A stretch of 47,262 bases of DNA from a virus (Duplodnaviria > Heunggongvirae > Uroviricota > Caudoviricetes), in the IMG/VR virus record IMGVR_UViG_2718217795_000004. One strand, written 5' to 3'. Below are positions 10,302 through 20,493 of this stretch, piece by piece (position 1 is the first letter of the stretch; each line of letters begins with the position of its first letter). A model generated the notes under the pieces. That model worked only from the letters and a program-made list of their open reading frames with translations. It ran no database searches and was not told where the DNA came from. The position numbers were made by a program, and so were the translations under genes.

Positions 10302-13300
10302 TTAACATTCCCCCATCACGTCGCATATTTAACAGATTGCCCTGCACCCGCTGATCAACCATCCCCATAAGTGCTTTTATTGCCTGAGGGCCAATCTCTC
10401 CATTCTGGCCGTCATTTTGAATAGTGATTTGGTATACAGGGGCATAGGTAATATCTCCGCCTCCATTACCACTTTTACTATTAATAGCTCTGACACCAAG
10501 AGAACCATCGGAAGTTCGTGTTAATGGCATAATGGCTTCCGGTCCAGCCTCACCAAAAACACCAGCCCCTTTTGCAAAAGCAAAAAATTGCGGGGAATCA
10601 TAAATACCGTTCGAATACGTGCTCAATGACGGAGACTCATAAACACCGCCCTTTGCATTCGGAATAAATTTACTAATAGCACTCCCGATAGTTCCTAAAA
10701 TCCCCCCAGAAGAACTGTTACTAATGCTGTCGAAAATCCCAGTAATTGAAGCCTTTAATGCTATTCGACTAAGATCCGAAATCACGGAAGTAGCGAAAGA
10801 ACGAAAATTTGCCTTGCCTGTCGTGACAAAATCACCCAGCGCATCGGTCATCCCATCAAACATCTGAGTCGTGGTTGATTTTATCTGCTCACTGATATCC
10901 TTAGTGTCATCCAGCCAGTTATTGAATCCCTGGGAGGCACCACTAACCCAGTCTCCTGCCTGAATATCGAGCTGCTCGTTTTTCTGTCTGACAATTTCTT
11001 TTTCCCGTTCCAGAGCATCATTCAGAGCCTGCATTTTCTCTTGAAAAACATGATCTGACATTCCACGGGATTTATCTGCATAGTCACGTTCAAGTTGCAG
11101 ACGCTGATTGTTATATCCATGTTCAATCCGCAGTAATTCCTGCTGGCGTTGCTGATTTTTATCGCCAACCCCATAACCAGCAATCTGAATATCATACCCC
11201 TGCTGACGATTATCAATCGAAGCCTGCAATGAATCACGCCATGCTGTTATTTCGGCGGATTCCTTGATTAGCCTGTTATTCTTTTCAATCGCAACATTTT
11301 TCTCCATCAACGCGGTTATTTCTTCCCGGTGTAAGAGAAGCGATTTCTGATCCTGGGTTAATTTCGATGATGGTCGTGACTCTAGGTCGGCAATCCGCTG
11401 ACGCCACTTAACCAGTTCCTGTTCAGAGGAACTTAATTTAACGGTCAACTCAGCTTGTGAACTTAGTAACGCATTCTGTTGATTCAGATGATCAATCATT
11501 CGTTGGGCTGCATCATCAGAATAACCTTTCGCCTTTGGTTGCTTTGGATCTTTATAACGCTCATTTATTTGAGCGATAAGATTATTATATTCTTCCTTTG
11601 AATACTGATTCTTTAGCTTTTCCAGTTTTGCAAGTTCACTAGCTCTCTGCTGCTCCCGGGTCTGATATTGTTTTGAAAAGGCATCTGCTCTCTGTCTGAG
11701 TTCAATTCCTTCCTGTTGTCGCTTGTTGTAATCGTTTATTGATGAATTTAGTACGTCCTGAGCAATTTTTTCTGCTTGAAGTACGCCCAATTGCTGCTTT
11801 AATCGTGCCAGCCTTTTATTTTGAGCTCCGCCATCTCCAATGCCACCTAACCCGAAAACTCCGGGTCGGGTATTTTTTTCTATTTCATCAATTTGACGGA
11901 GAACATCTGAGATTTTTTGATCAAGGGAGGCCTCACGGCCAATATCCAGCATGGAATCCCATGCCCATTTTGCGGAGTCTGCGACAGCTTTCCATGCAGT
12001 CTCAAGATAACCAAGATTTTCTTTAATCTGGTTGGTGCGCTGGATCATTGAGGATGAGTATGCTTCTGTCGCAATGCGGGCGGCCTCCTGCTGGTTCCCT
12101 TCATCCTGTAGCGCCTTAATCTGGTTATAAGTCGCAATTGTCAGAAAATGGTACTGATCATTAAGTTTTGATATGGCACTGACAGGATCCTTTGCAATTT
12201 CATTGAAGTCATTAACCAGTTGTTCGGTTGATATTCCTGTTACTTCGCTCGTTTTTACTATCGCTGTCGTCACTTGCTCCAGCGAACTGCTCGCTACCTT
12301 TCCCGAACGCACAAGCTGGTTTAATACTGCCGCCGCAGCGCCAGTTGTCGAATCAGCCGCATTCCCGGCACGTTGAACTATATCGGCCAATTGCCCGCTG
12401 GTTGTCCCCAACTGATTTCCGGTAAGAATAAGAGATTTATTAAATTCGTCCTGCTCCTGAGAGCCTTTATAGTAAGCCAGCCCTAAGACGCCAACGGCTG
12501 CTGCGGCCAGGGTAAAAGGATTAATTAATCCCAGCACATAAGAACCAACACCTTTGATCGCCGGGCCTATCCCACCGAACATATCTTTTAGCTGGCCGCC
12601 CTGCTGCATTAACACCATAAAAGGCGACTGACCAGTGGACAACCCAACAACAATATCCGTCATTTGTGCAGGCAACATGCGCATAGCAAAAGCCGTTTGT
12701 TTTGCCGACATTCCGGTTTTGCTTAATTGAGATTGAGTAACCTCAAGCTCACTCCGCATAGCACGAAGTTTTCCAGAAAGTTCCTCATACATTTCAGGAG
12801 AGAGCATCCCCTTAGCTTTTGCTTCATTGAGCTGTTTCTGTTGTTCTACCAGACGATTAAAAGCAGTTCCGACAGGGTCAAGTTGAGCAATCAGACGTTG
12901 CAAAGCAGCAACCTGTTCATCATGCGCTTTTGCTGCTTCTCGCTCTGCCTGAGCCTCTCCGGTAAGCTCTCGCCGTGTTTCCTGTATTTTTCGGCTATAA
13001 TTCTCAAACTGAGAACCATTTATTTTCCCGGATGCAAACGCAGCATTAAGTTCATCCTGCTGTTGTTCAAGATTTCTTAGCGCCGCAGCCAGAGGGTCGA
13101 TCTTGTCCAGCATTCTTTGAAAGGCCTGAGCCTGCGCTTCCTGCTGGGCGGCAGCAAGTTTTCCGGCCTTCTCGGCTTCTCTCTGCGCTTGCGCAACCCC
13201 GCTCAATTCCTCTGTGGTTTCATTAAGTTTACGGACAAGAAATTCATATTCTTCTTTATCAATAAGCCCTTTATCGAAAAATTTCTTTAATTCAGAATAG

Positions 13301-13527
13301 CGTCGACCGACAGTATCAATTGCGGCACCAACTGGATCAATAGCTGCTTTTAATTTTGCGAGCGCGTTCTTCTCATCTTCTGTTGCCTTAGTCACTTTCC
13401 CTGCGCTATTTGCAGCAGTTTCCCCAGCCTGCGTCATTTTGACTAATGAGGAGGTCAGATTGTCAGCATTATTTTTCGCTCCAGTGCTATCAATAATTAT
13501 TGCGAGACGCGAGGTTTGCTCTGCCAT
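10294..13527 (-). CDS. H: tail tape measure protein H
   Basis: 1077 aa, coiled-coil rich; lambda H-like segments ([11 protein letters not shown]...[17 protein letters not shown] and C-terminal ...[10 protein letters not shown]). Confidence 0.9.
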   Translation of the reverse strand: MAEQTSRLAIIIDSTGAKNNADNLTSSLVKMTQAGETAANSAGKVTKATEDEKNALAKLKAAIDPVGAAIDTVGRRYSELKKFFDKGLIDKEEYEFLVRKLNETTEELSGVAQAQREAEKAGKLAAAQQEAQAQAFQRMLDKIDPLAAALRNLEQQQDELNAAFASGKINGSQFENYSRKIQETRRELTGEAQAEREAAKAHDEQVAALQRLIAQLDPVGTAFNRLVEQQKQLNEAKAKGMLSPEMYEELSGKLRAMRSELEVTQSQLSKTGMSAKQTAFAMRMLPAQMTDIVVGLSTGQSPFMVLMQQGGQLKDMFGGIGPAIKGVGSYVLGLINPFTLAAAAVGVLGLAYYKGSQEQDEFNKSLILTGNQLGTTSGQLADIVQRAGNAADSTTGAAAAVLNQLVRSGKVASSSLEQVTTAIVKTSEVTGISTEQLVNDFNEIAKDPVSAISKLNDQYHFLTIATYNQIKALQDEGNQQEAARIATEAYSSSMIQRTNQIKENLGYLETAWKAVADSAKWAWDSMLDIGREASLDQKISDVLRQIDEIEKNTRPGVFGLGGIGDGGAQNKRLARLKQQLGVLQAEKIAQDVLNSSINDYNKRQQEGIELRQRADAFSKQYQTREQQRASELAKLEKLKNQYSKEEYNNLIAQINERYKDPKQPKAKGYSDDAAQRMIDHLNQQNALLSSQAELTVKLSSSEQELVKWRQRIADLESRPSSKLTQDQKSLLLHREEITALMEKNVAIEKNNRLIKESAEITAWRDSLQASIDNRQQGYDIQIAGYGVGDKNQQRQQELLRIEHGYNNQRLQLERDYADKSRGMSDHVFQEKMQALNDALEREKEIVRQKNEQLDIQAGDWVSGASQGFNNWLDDTKDISEQIKSTTTQMFDGMTDALGDFVTTGKANFRSFATSVISDLSRIALKASITGIFDSISNSSSGGILGTIGSAISKFIPNAKGGVYESPSLSTYSNGIYDSPQFFAFAKGAGVFGEAGPEAIMPLTRTSDGSLGVRAINSKSGNGGGDITYAPVYQITIQNDGQNGEIGPQAIKALMGMVDQRVQGNLLNMRRDGGMLSG

Positions 13528-13543
13528 TTATTAAAACTCCTGA

Positions 13544-13571
13544 CAACAAAAAACCCACCGCGAAGTGGGTT
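13544..13571 (-). terminator. terminator-like hairpin in the T-H intergenic gap
   Basis: Minus-strand stem ACCCAC/GTGGGT followed by TTTTTTGTTG, inside an unusual 165-bp gap between T and H. Confidence 0.4.
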
Positions 13572-13692
13572 TCAGGCGACATAATAGTAGATATAGCGAT
13601 TACGAGGCCACGCAATGCTTTTCTCCAGGAGCATCATCGATTTAATTAAAGACACCATCACATCTCTGTAACAGAGTGTACGTAATTAACAA

Positions 13693-14462
13693 CTACACAC
13701 ACTGCTCCTGAAAATACTGGTCATCCAGTGCAAAGATCACTGCTTCAAATTCATCGCGCTCAATCAATACCGGATGAGTGGCTAAATATTCATTTATCTC
13801 TGTCAGAGATAAAGGCAAAGGCACCCCAGCCATTCCAGCATAACGTCGGGCACGGGATATTACCGAATAGGCGTACAACAACTCCTTAAGCACCGGGTCT
13901 ATTTCTGGTTCCGGTATCGGTGGCAACCTGAGTTTTTCTCGCTTCCATCTTGCCTTTTCCCCCCTTTCTCCCCCGAACTCCGATAACCACCGCTGGGCAG
14001 CTATGGCTTTTTTATCGTATCCTGCTTCTGCTGCTCTTTACCCTGGGCGATGCTGGCTGCTTCTGCAAGGATCTGCCAGTACAACTCTGGATTCTGCTTA
14101 AGCAGCGCGATCCCTCGTTCTGCCGTATATTCCAGTGCAACCTCAACACCATTAACCAGTTCACCAACCCCTTTCCAGTCTTTCAGCAGATAACGAGCGG
14201 CATTATCAATGAGTAAATCATCAACAGAATCCACCTCGGAAACCTTTGAAATATCAAACTCCTTCGTTCCGACGTGCAAACTGGCATCCATTTTCTCAAT
14301 GTGGCGACGGATTAATGCATTACGGGAGCGATACTGATCGTTATCGCTGCTTGCCACCAACAGTTTTAACCCGTCTACAGGTTTTAAGTCCTTCATTGGC
14401 GTAAACCAGCGTTCTCCACCAATGATAATTTTCTGATTAAGAATAAACATCCATAACCTCAT
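13693..14462 (-). CDS. tail assembly chaperone G-T (product of programmed -1 frameshift)
   Basis: The -1 frame is open from the slippery site at 14007-14013 through 13693; arrangement matches the conserved G/GT frameshift of long-tailed phages. Confidence 0.65.
14001..14462 (-). CDS. G: tail assembly chaperone G
   Basis: 153-aa ORF between the major tail gene and the tape measure gene; ends two codons after an A_AAA_AAG slippery heptamer. Confidence 0.75.
   Translation of the reverse strand: MRLWMFILNQKIIIGGERWFTPMKDLKPVDGLKLLVASSDNDQYRSRNALIRRHIEKMDASLHVGTKEFDISKVSEVDSVDDLLIDNAARYLLKDWKGVGELVNGVEVALEYTAERGIALLKQNPELYWQILAEAASIAQGKEQQKQDTIKKP
14007..14013 (-). promoter_or_regulatory. -1 ribosomal frameshift slippery heptamer A_AAA_AAG
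   Basis: Read directly: ...ACG ATA AAA AAG CCA TAG in the G frame, with the -1 frame continuing open into T. Confidence 0.7.
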
Positions 14463-14510
14463 TCAATGCGTCCCCCTGTAGGGCAGTACCACAGGAGGAA
14501 TAACGGAAAA

Positions 14511-15473
14511 TCAACTAATCGCCTCAGCACTGGCTTTTGCGATCACGGCAGCCGGGGAATTTTTTTTTCTGGTTATCGTAGGTGCTTCATCTGCTGCGGT
14601 AATGCTCAATTGAACCTGGATAATGTCGCTATTACCCCCATCAGGCCATTCACCTGACACCTGAACCTTCGGGAAACTGAAAGTGTATGCCCCCTCTCCA
14701 TTCGAAAGCGTGAAGCTGAACGGAACTGTTTCTCCAGTCAGTGTTTTACTCCAGATTTCCCACGCGGCTTTAGACCATGAAAGCGTCACCGTACCGGACG
14801 GTGTAAAAGTAGTCGGAATATTTGCTCCTGCATAAGGCGAGCCAGTCCCGATACAACGCTGTGTCTGGAGTTTGTTATCGAACTGAATATCAAAACTGTC
14901 GATACAAAAACCGTTACCTCCGGCAACACCATTCAGGCTTACTGCTGAAACCTCCTTAAACGAATAACGTAGCTTTCCTGCACTATCCACAGGTTCGCCT
15001 TTGATAAAATTCGTATCATCGGCCTTTGATTCCCAGTCCAGTCCGGCAAAGGTTACGGTCGCTGTAATATCGCCGTCGTTAGGGATCTGCATTTTCCATG
15101 AGCCAACCTGCGCTCCTCTGACGACAGAGGCAATTCCGACATCGGACGCATAGGTCGCCAGAGAAAATGTTATTCGCTCATTCCCCATTGTCAGAGAATC
15201 GCCTGACCATTCCGCGCCGAAACAGGATGCAAGAAAATCATCATGTTGACCCCAGCGAAATTTGGTACCAACATCACCGCCGACATCCACAGTGCCAGGC
15301 GTCGCCCCCTGAGCCATCCGGGAGCCACCAATCTCATTATTTTCGCCTTTATTCTGGGTGGGTTTTACTCCCCAGCTTGTGCGTTTTAATAAACTCCAGT
15401 CACCACTTGCTGGCGTAGTGCCTGCAACCGTCTCCCGGATAAATGCCGAGATAACCTTTGCACCTGAACTCAC
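14511..15473 (-). CDS. major tail (tube) protein, V-position
   Basis: 320 aa; GTG start with AGGAGG SD; immediately upstream of G/T; Gly/Thr/Ser-rich composition typical of tail tube proteins. Confidence 0.7.
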   Translation of the reverse strand: MSSGAKVISAFIRETVAGTTPASGDWSLLKRTSWGVKPTQNKGENNEIGGSRMAQGATPGTVDVGGDVGTKFRWGQHDDFLASCFGAEWSGDSLTMGNERITFSLATYASDVGIASVVRGAQVGSWKMQIPNDGDITATVTFAGLDWESKADDTNFIKGEPVDSAGKLRYSFKEVSAVSLNGVAGGNGFCIDSFDIQFDNKLQTQRCIGTGSPYAGANIPTTFTPSGTVTLSWSKAAWEIWSKTLTGETVPFSFTLSNGEGAYTFSFPKVQVSGEWPDGGNSDIIQVQLSITAADEAPTITRKKNSPAAVIAKASAEAIS

Positions 15474-15499
15474 AGGAGCCTCCTATGTCATTAATTGCG

Positions 15500-15892
15500 C
15501 TAGAGCGCGCGATATGGAATTTGAAGATTAAGCTGGAACCAGCCATTCTTTTCGCCAACGGCTATTGAGGAAACAGCCTGGTAACTGAGACGATCGTCAT
15601 CCTGAAACTCAAACAGTTCCCGCAATTTATCGGCTGTCTCAGTAATGAGTTTTGAACCAGAACCTGCGGGGACAAATAACTGAATAATGATTATCCCCGT
15701 GCGATAAACAATCGGCCCCGCGCCAATTTCATTAACTCCAGCCTGCCCGGGAATATTACTTAACCGCGCCCAGATTAACTTACCGGAAGGATCGAACGTT
15801 GGCGCGTTCGGATACAATACGTCTTTTCCATCAATAATCGTCTGTGCCGTCATTCTGGAAATAACCGTATTTCTGATTTCAGTAAACGTCAT
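15500..15892 (-). CDS. tail terminator / tail completion protein (U-position)
   Basis: 130 aa; position between head-tail joining genes and the major tail gene. Confidence 0.55.
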   Translation of the reverse strand: MTFTEIRNTVISRMTAQTIIDGKDVLYPNAPTFDPSGKLIWARLSNIPGQAGVNEIGAGPIVYRTGIIIIQLFVPAGSGSKLITETADKLRELFEFQDDDRLSYQAVSSIAVGEKNGWFQLNLQIPYRAL

Positions 15893-16269
15893 TTGTAAGC
15901 CTGTAAAACACCATGAAAAGCGTTGGCATACACGCCAGTTGGCGCTTGTTGTGAATGACCGTTTTCAAGATCCTCTGCATAAGGAAGGTTATTCTGGATA
16001 TAAATAACTCCGTAATTTGCAGCTTTCGAAATAACCCCGTTCCCACGCTGAACCGCAATCGTACCGTTCGGATCCACGTTATCAGATATACCAAAATCGG
16101 GATGCTGTAACGACACCAGGTTGTTATTTCTGAAACGTCCGGTATCAACCGGAGCAGCAATATCAATAGCAGTAAGAATCTGCATAGCGATGTAGCGAAT
16201 TTTCAGCCCCACATCTTCCTCAATCATCCCGGCAAATATTGACGGTTCTATATCCCATGCCTTTGCCAT
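15889..16269 (-). CDS. HK97 gp10-like head-tail joining protein
   Basis: 126 aa with VDTGRFRNN motif characteristic of the HK97 gp10 family; overlaps the next gene by 4 nt. Confidence 0.6.
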   Translation of the reverse strand: MAKAWDIEPSIFAGMIEEDVGLKIRYIAMQILTAIDIAAPVDTGRFRNNNLVSLQHPDFGISDNVDPNGTIAVQRGNGVISKAANYGVIYIQNNLPYAEDLENGHSQQAPTGVYANAFHGVLQAYK

Positions 16270-16653
16270 TTACGCTCTCCTTAACTGGATAGAGTAAACT
16301 GATGCGGAAGGATCTACACTCGCTGTAATTACCTCGTATCGTTGTAACTGCCTTAATACAGGATCATAAATCTCAATAATATGGTCGACAGCGGGTTTAT
16401 CCGTAACCTCGCATACCAGAGCGGTTAATTTAAGGTCACCATGCAAAATATTAATCCCATCAATTCTGCCCAGCTTATAACGTGTCAACACGCCTCGCCC
16501 GGTATAGATTGCGGTGGATTCGCCGCCAGTTTCCGTCACAGGATCCCAGTGCCGGTGCGTAACGTAAGAACCAGAAAAATCACTCACGGCGTCCGCTAAA
16601 TCCTCATCAAAAGCAGCGGCAACCTCTGACTGAATCTCTTCACGAAGCCCCAT
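16270..16653 (-). CDS. head-tail adaptor / head closure protein
   Basis: 127 aa; gene order within the head-tail joining block. Confidence 0.5.
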   Translation of the reverse strand: MGLREEIQSEVAAAFDEDLADAVSDFSGSYVTHRHWDPVTETGGESTAIYTGRGVLTRYKLGRIDGINILHGDLKLTALVCEVTDKPAVDHIIEIYDPVLRQLQRYEVITASVDPSASVYSIQLRRA

Positions 16654-17048
16654 TATCCCCCCCTCACAACCCTGACTTGTGAGCGACTAAGTCCGTACGG
16701 TTTCAGCAGTGCTATCGCAAGCTGTAAATCGGGTTCAAGCAATACAGTGCTGTTTGCTGACAACTCAGCAAATGATTTCGATACACTGACCCCGTCAGCC
16801 GACACGACTTTACTGATAACAACGCCAGAATCATTTTTCTGCTGAAACAACTTACCGAATGAGGCAATTCTGGCTGCATATGCTCCCGCAAGTTTTACCT
16901 CTTCCGGAATACGGGATGGGTTAATTTTCAGGTTGAAGCCATTAAGCCAGGCATTAGCCATTAAAACAGCTTTATTTTTAGCGTTCTCACTCGTCCAGGC
17001 GTTCCCAAACGCATTATCAACGTCATCACAGGTCACGTAAGTGATCAT
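16653..17048 (-). CDS. head-tail connector protein (gp6-like)
   Basis: 131 aa; position directly after capsid genes; AGGAG SD upstream. Confidence 0.5.
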   Translation of the reverse strand: MITYVTCDDVDNAFGNAWTSENAKNKAVLMANAWLNGFNLKINPSRIPEEVKLAGAYAARIASFGKLFQQKNDSGVVISKVVSADGVSVSKSFAELSANSTVLLEPDLQLAIALLKPYGLSRSQVRVVRGG

Positions 17049-17051
17049 GTG

Positions 17052-17228
17052 TTACTCCTGAGTTTTCCAGCCCATAGCCTTCCAGTTGTCAACTTCATCA
17101 GGATGAACATTAGCGATAGTTGGTGCGCCGGGAAACATCTGATAATCGGTCACCATAACCACTAACTCAATTTGCGTTTTTTGTGCGGCTTCACGCTGTG
17201 CTCTTTGCTCTTTAGTTAATCCGGCCAT
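17052..17228 (-). CDS. small hypothetical head-region protein (58 aa)
   Basis: Not in the ORF track (<60 aa). ATG at 17228; translation MAGLTKEQRAQREAAQKTQIELVVMVTDYQ...; tightly packed between capsid and connector genes. Confidence 0.4.
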   Translation of the reverse strand: MAGLTKEQRAQREAAQKTQIELVVMVTDYQMFPGAPTIANVHPDEVDNWKAMGWKTQE

Positions 17229-17270
17229 ATGCCCTCCATTAAAAATGGGGCCGAAGCCCCGTTTGAATGT

Positions 17271-18410
17271 TTAACCAAGAATCAGACAACCATGTGCCGG
17301 CTTCACTGATGAAACACCCCATGCCAGTCCAACTTCATAGCGCACCTGGCGATACTGACGATACAGTGCAATCTGGAACGTAATCCCTGAAATCGGGTCC
17401 GTAACATTCATTACATCATCAGCATTATCGCCACCTTCCGGCATTGCCGGAGTACGGGATGCCAGCAGAAACGCGTTGCGATCAAACGCCATATTTGCAG
17501 TAAAGGAGCCAACAACTGTGATTGCAGTATCATCGGCCAGATCCTGACGCAGTCCGGGCGCTGCAAGAGTAATCAGATTGCTGGTCGCTGCTGCCACAAC
17601 ATACTGATTCGGATCGCCAGCGAACGTAACAATCTGACCTGCAGAAATACTCCCCGAACCAGTATCAATGGAAATAAGAACATCGCCTTCTTTTTTCTCG
17701 CCATTCACGAGATAACCAGTTGCAGCAACCTTTGGCGCTCGTTTTACACCTGCCGAACTGTGAATATTGAATCCCTCCAGACGCCCCAACACGCCCTCAC
17801 GCAGTAGCTGTTCAGTGCCGGATTCATTCACTTTAAACAGTACAGACTGTTTTCCGCGCAAATTAGCAATGGCAGTGGAGCCAAGCACCATCTGCAGATC
17901 GGTTGTCGGTGCGCCGTTATCCTCCAGAACCTGACGAGCCAGAGCAGCATCAGAAAGATCATCTTTAACACCAAACGGCGTTGTCCCTGCGGTTCCCACG
18001 GCGCGGGAAGCACCGAAATACAACGCACCAAGATCAGCCTCAACCTCGTTTGCAAGGGCGCGAAAAGCCTGCTTGAACTGATCAGCCAGAATGGTGTTGT
18101 AAGTCCCTGAAGGGCCAAGAGCCAGTTGTTCTTCACCATTCCATTTAACCGGTGCCATTTTGGATTTAGTAATTTTCACATCAACAGTGCCAATATTTTG
18201 ATCACCGGTATTCGGAGCTGACGGCCCCGGTACGATATCTTCGGTTTTCGCCTCAGGCGCAACTGGCGCGGTTACCGTCTGATCTTTTGCTGCGGCGTCA
18301 GCTTTTGCGTTTTTTGCTACCGCAGGGATAAAACCTACCTGCTCACGGGATACAATATCCAGGGCGGTATAAATAGTCGGGATCAACCCGGTCAGGGTAT
18401 TTCCAGCCAT
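17271..18410 (-). CDS. major capsid protein
   Basis: 379 aa from the ATG at 18410 (AAGGAA SD); follows the scaffold gene; size and position typical of a major capsid protein. Confidence 0.7.
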   Translation of the reverse strand: MAGNTLTGLIPTIYTALDIVSREQVGFIPAVAKNAKADAAAKDQTVTAPVAPEAKTEDIVPGPSAPNTGDQNIGTVDVKITKSKMAPVKWNGEEQLALGPSGTYNTILADQFKQAFRALANEVEADLGALYFGASRAVGTAGTTPFGVKDDLSDAALARQVLEDNGAPTTDLQMVLGSTAIANLRGKQSVLFKVNESGTEQLLREGVLGRLEGFNIHSSAGVKRAPKVAATGYLVNGEKKEGDVLISIDTGSGSISAGQIVTFAGDPNQYVVAAATSNLITLAAPGLRQDLADDTAITVVGSFTANMAFDRNAFLLASRTPAMPEGGDNADDVMNVTDPISGITFQIALYRQYRQVRYEVGLAWGVSSVKPAHGCLILG

Positions 18411-18508
18411 AATTAAATATTCCTTAAAAATTTGCGTAATTGTGAATAGATGGAGTAATGAGCTATCCAGCCCTGACACCAGCTCCCATCCGGAAGCTGA
18501 CAAATGTG

Positions 18509-19273
18509 TTAATCAACAATTGTGATACCGTCTTTCAATGCGTTTTGCTTACCTGCAACATCCAGTGCATCAAAAGCAGAGCGTTTCATCGTTTTCTGAC
18601 CAATATCATGCTGTGTCGGACGGGAGCCGCCGCCATTGTTGCCACTGGCTTTCAGGATGTAGTCTTTCTGAGGGTAATTTTCGACGAGGAACTCCAGCGC
18701 CTCATCAAACTGCGCCAGTTCGCCAGGCTTCGCGCGGGAATAAATTTTGTTGCCGGAAGCGTCATAAGCAACGATCTTCCCTTCTTCCACTTTGAATGCC
18801 TGCCCGAAGCGGGCTTGTAATAAATCTGCCGGGATCGCAATTTTATCGGCAATATATTTTGAACCCGCAAAACTACCGCCAATCATAGAATCGTAAAGCT
18901 GCGTCTCCAGCATCTGAGAGCGTTGCTTTTCTTCATCTAATTGCTGCTGAAAATTTTTCGTAATTTCTGCCTTAACCTGGTCAACCTGTCCCGCATCGAT
19001 CAGCTTTTTCTGGTCGATTTTTGACAGCATTTCCAGTGCCTCGATCGCCTTCTTCGGGTCTTCGATAGCGGCAAACTTAGCCAGTTTTTCCTCTGCAGCT
19101 TCTTTAGCCAGGCGATGATTTTTTACCTCGCCATTAAGCTCTGTAATTTTTTTTATCGCCAGCGGTGCATCGAAGCCGATTTCTTTACCATCGTCGTGCA
19201 CATAAACTGGCAGGCCAGCAGTATCAATTTCTGCGTATTGTTTTCCGTTAATCTCGACTGTTTTCAGTTTCAT
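18509..19273 (-). CDS. scaffolding protein
   Basis: 254 aa from MKLKTVEING; helical, charged, coiled-coil-like; lies between head morphogenesis and capsid genes. Confidence 0.6.
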   Translation of the reverse strand: MKLKTVEINGKQYAEIDTAGLPVYVHDDGKEIGFDAPLAIKKITELNGEVKNHRLAKEAAEEKLAKFAAIEDPKKAIEALEMLSKIDQKKLIDAGQVDQVKAEITKNFQQQLDEEKQRSQMLETQLYDSMIGGSFAGSKYIADKIAIPADLLQARFGQAFKVEEGKIVAYDASGNKIYSRAKPGELAQFDEALEFLVENYPQKDYILKASGNNGGGSRPTQHDIGQKTMKRSAFDALDVAGKQNALKDGITIVD

Positions 19274-19331
19274 ATTAGTACCTGGTTTAAGTCTTCCGAC
19301 AGTTACGCTGCTCACCATCCGGATCGCAGCA

Positions 19332-19358
19332 ATAAAAAAGGCCACCCGAAGGTAGCCT
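19332..19358 (-). terminator. terminator-like hairpin between head morphogenesis and scaffold genes
   Basis: Minus-strand GGCTACC-TTCG-GGTGGCC stem-loop followed by TTTTTTATT. Confidence 0.45.
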
Positions 19359-19377
19359 GTTGTAATAAATGATTTAT

Positions 19378-20493
19378 TTAAATCCCTGCTTTTCTGAATA
19401 CCTGTGCATCACGCTCACGGAGTTGCTTCAGCGTCAGCCATTCGCCTTTATCGGTGTAAAATTCATCTGGCGACATACCGCCATCCCGAATCAGCTTTGC
19501 CCGGGTTTCCCCCACAATCTGTTTTTGTCTGGTGTAAGGCTGACGCAAAAACCATTCCCTGTAGGTTGTATCTCCGGCCACCACGCCATCCATGCTGGCC
19601 CGCTCAGCCGGGGAAATATCACGAACATCAATACCCAGTTCCTTCGCTGATTTCAGAATGAACGTTTCCGTTGAGCGGCAGCAGAAATGAATTTTTCCCG
19701 GCCCATGCAAATAAGGCACACTGTGACCTACAGGTTTATTATCCAGCGTATATTTGAGGCGATCCCTGATTCGACATTGTGGCGTAGTACGATTATCAAG
19801 CGTTGATAACCATTGCTTACCCTTAATCAAATCATTATTCGCGCTGGCAAAACTCTCACGGGCAGTAGCAGCAAGATGTCCAACCGCTGTTTTTGCAATG
19901 CTGGCCGCATTAGCCCGGCTCATCTGCAATGCACCATCCTGAAATCCCTTGCTGACATGTCCCCGAATTTTTCTTGCGATCTGCTCATTGGTATCCCCCA
20001 GCAAAAAACCCTGACGCACCGTATTTGTTATGCGTCTGAGCCGATCCGCCTCAAGATCCAAGGCCCACTCACTGAGCAGTCGTCCCTGGAATGGTCGCGC
20101 CATTGCAGCGGCGTAAAGTGCATCAGAAGATATACCAACCAGAGGGTGAACATCAGCAACAAAATCAGGTAGCAGAGAATCAAACAGACTTAACTGATAA
20201 CCAGCCTCATAAATTGCCAGCTCGTTCAGCTCTCCGGAGAGACTGGTAAACATGCTGTTAATAGCAGCGCGGTTAACCTCTCTGACACTCGCCAGAAGTG
20301 ACTCCAGGCGCGTAACGGTAAAACTACCAGGATCGAGGCTGTCCAGTGCTACCAGCAGGCGAGCTGTAAGCTCCGCATCGCTGTCATTCAGTATTTTCAC
20401 CATTCTGGCAGCCACACCAGTGCTATAGCGGGATATCCAGACTGCATGAGCAATTGATTCATCACGCAGCCGTTCATTCACGGTTTGCATCAT
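19378..20493 (-). CDS. head morphogenesis protein (SPP1 gp7 / Mu F-like)
   Basis: 371 aa; position directly after portal; minor-head-protein-like composition. Confidence 0.7.
   Translation of the reverse strand: MMQTVNERLRDESIAHAVWISRYSTGVAARMVKILNDSDAELTARLLVALDSLDPGSFTVTRLESLLASVREVNRAAINSMFTSLSGELNELAIYEAGYQLSLFDSLLPDFVADVHPLVGISSDALYAAAMARPFQGRLLSEWALDLEADRLRRITNTVRQGFLLGDTNEQIARKIRGHVSKGFQDGALQMSRANAASIAKTAVGHLAATARESFASANNDLIKGKQWLSTLDNRTTPQCRIRDRLKYTLDNKPVGHSVPYLHGPGKIHFCCRSTETFILKSAKELGIDVRDISPAERASMDGVVAGDTTYREWFLRQPYTRQKQIVGETRAKLIRDGGMSPDEFYTDKGEWLTLKQLRERDAQVFRKAGI

Noticed and set aside
12727-13080. 117-aa plus-strand ORF
   Set aside because: Antisense inside the tape measure gene; low-complexity, stop-poor frame typical of coiled-coil coding regions.
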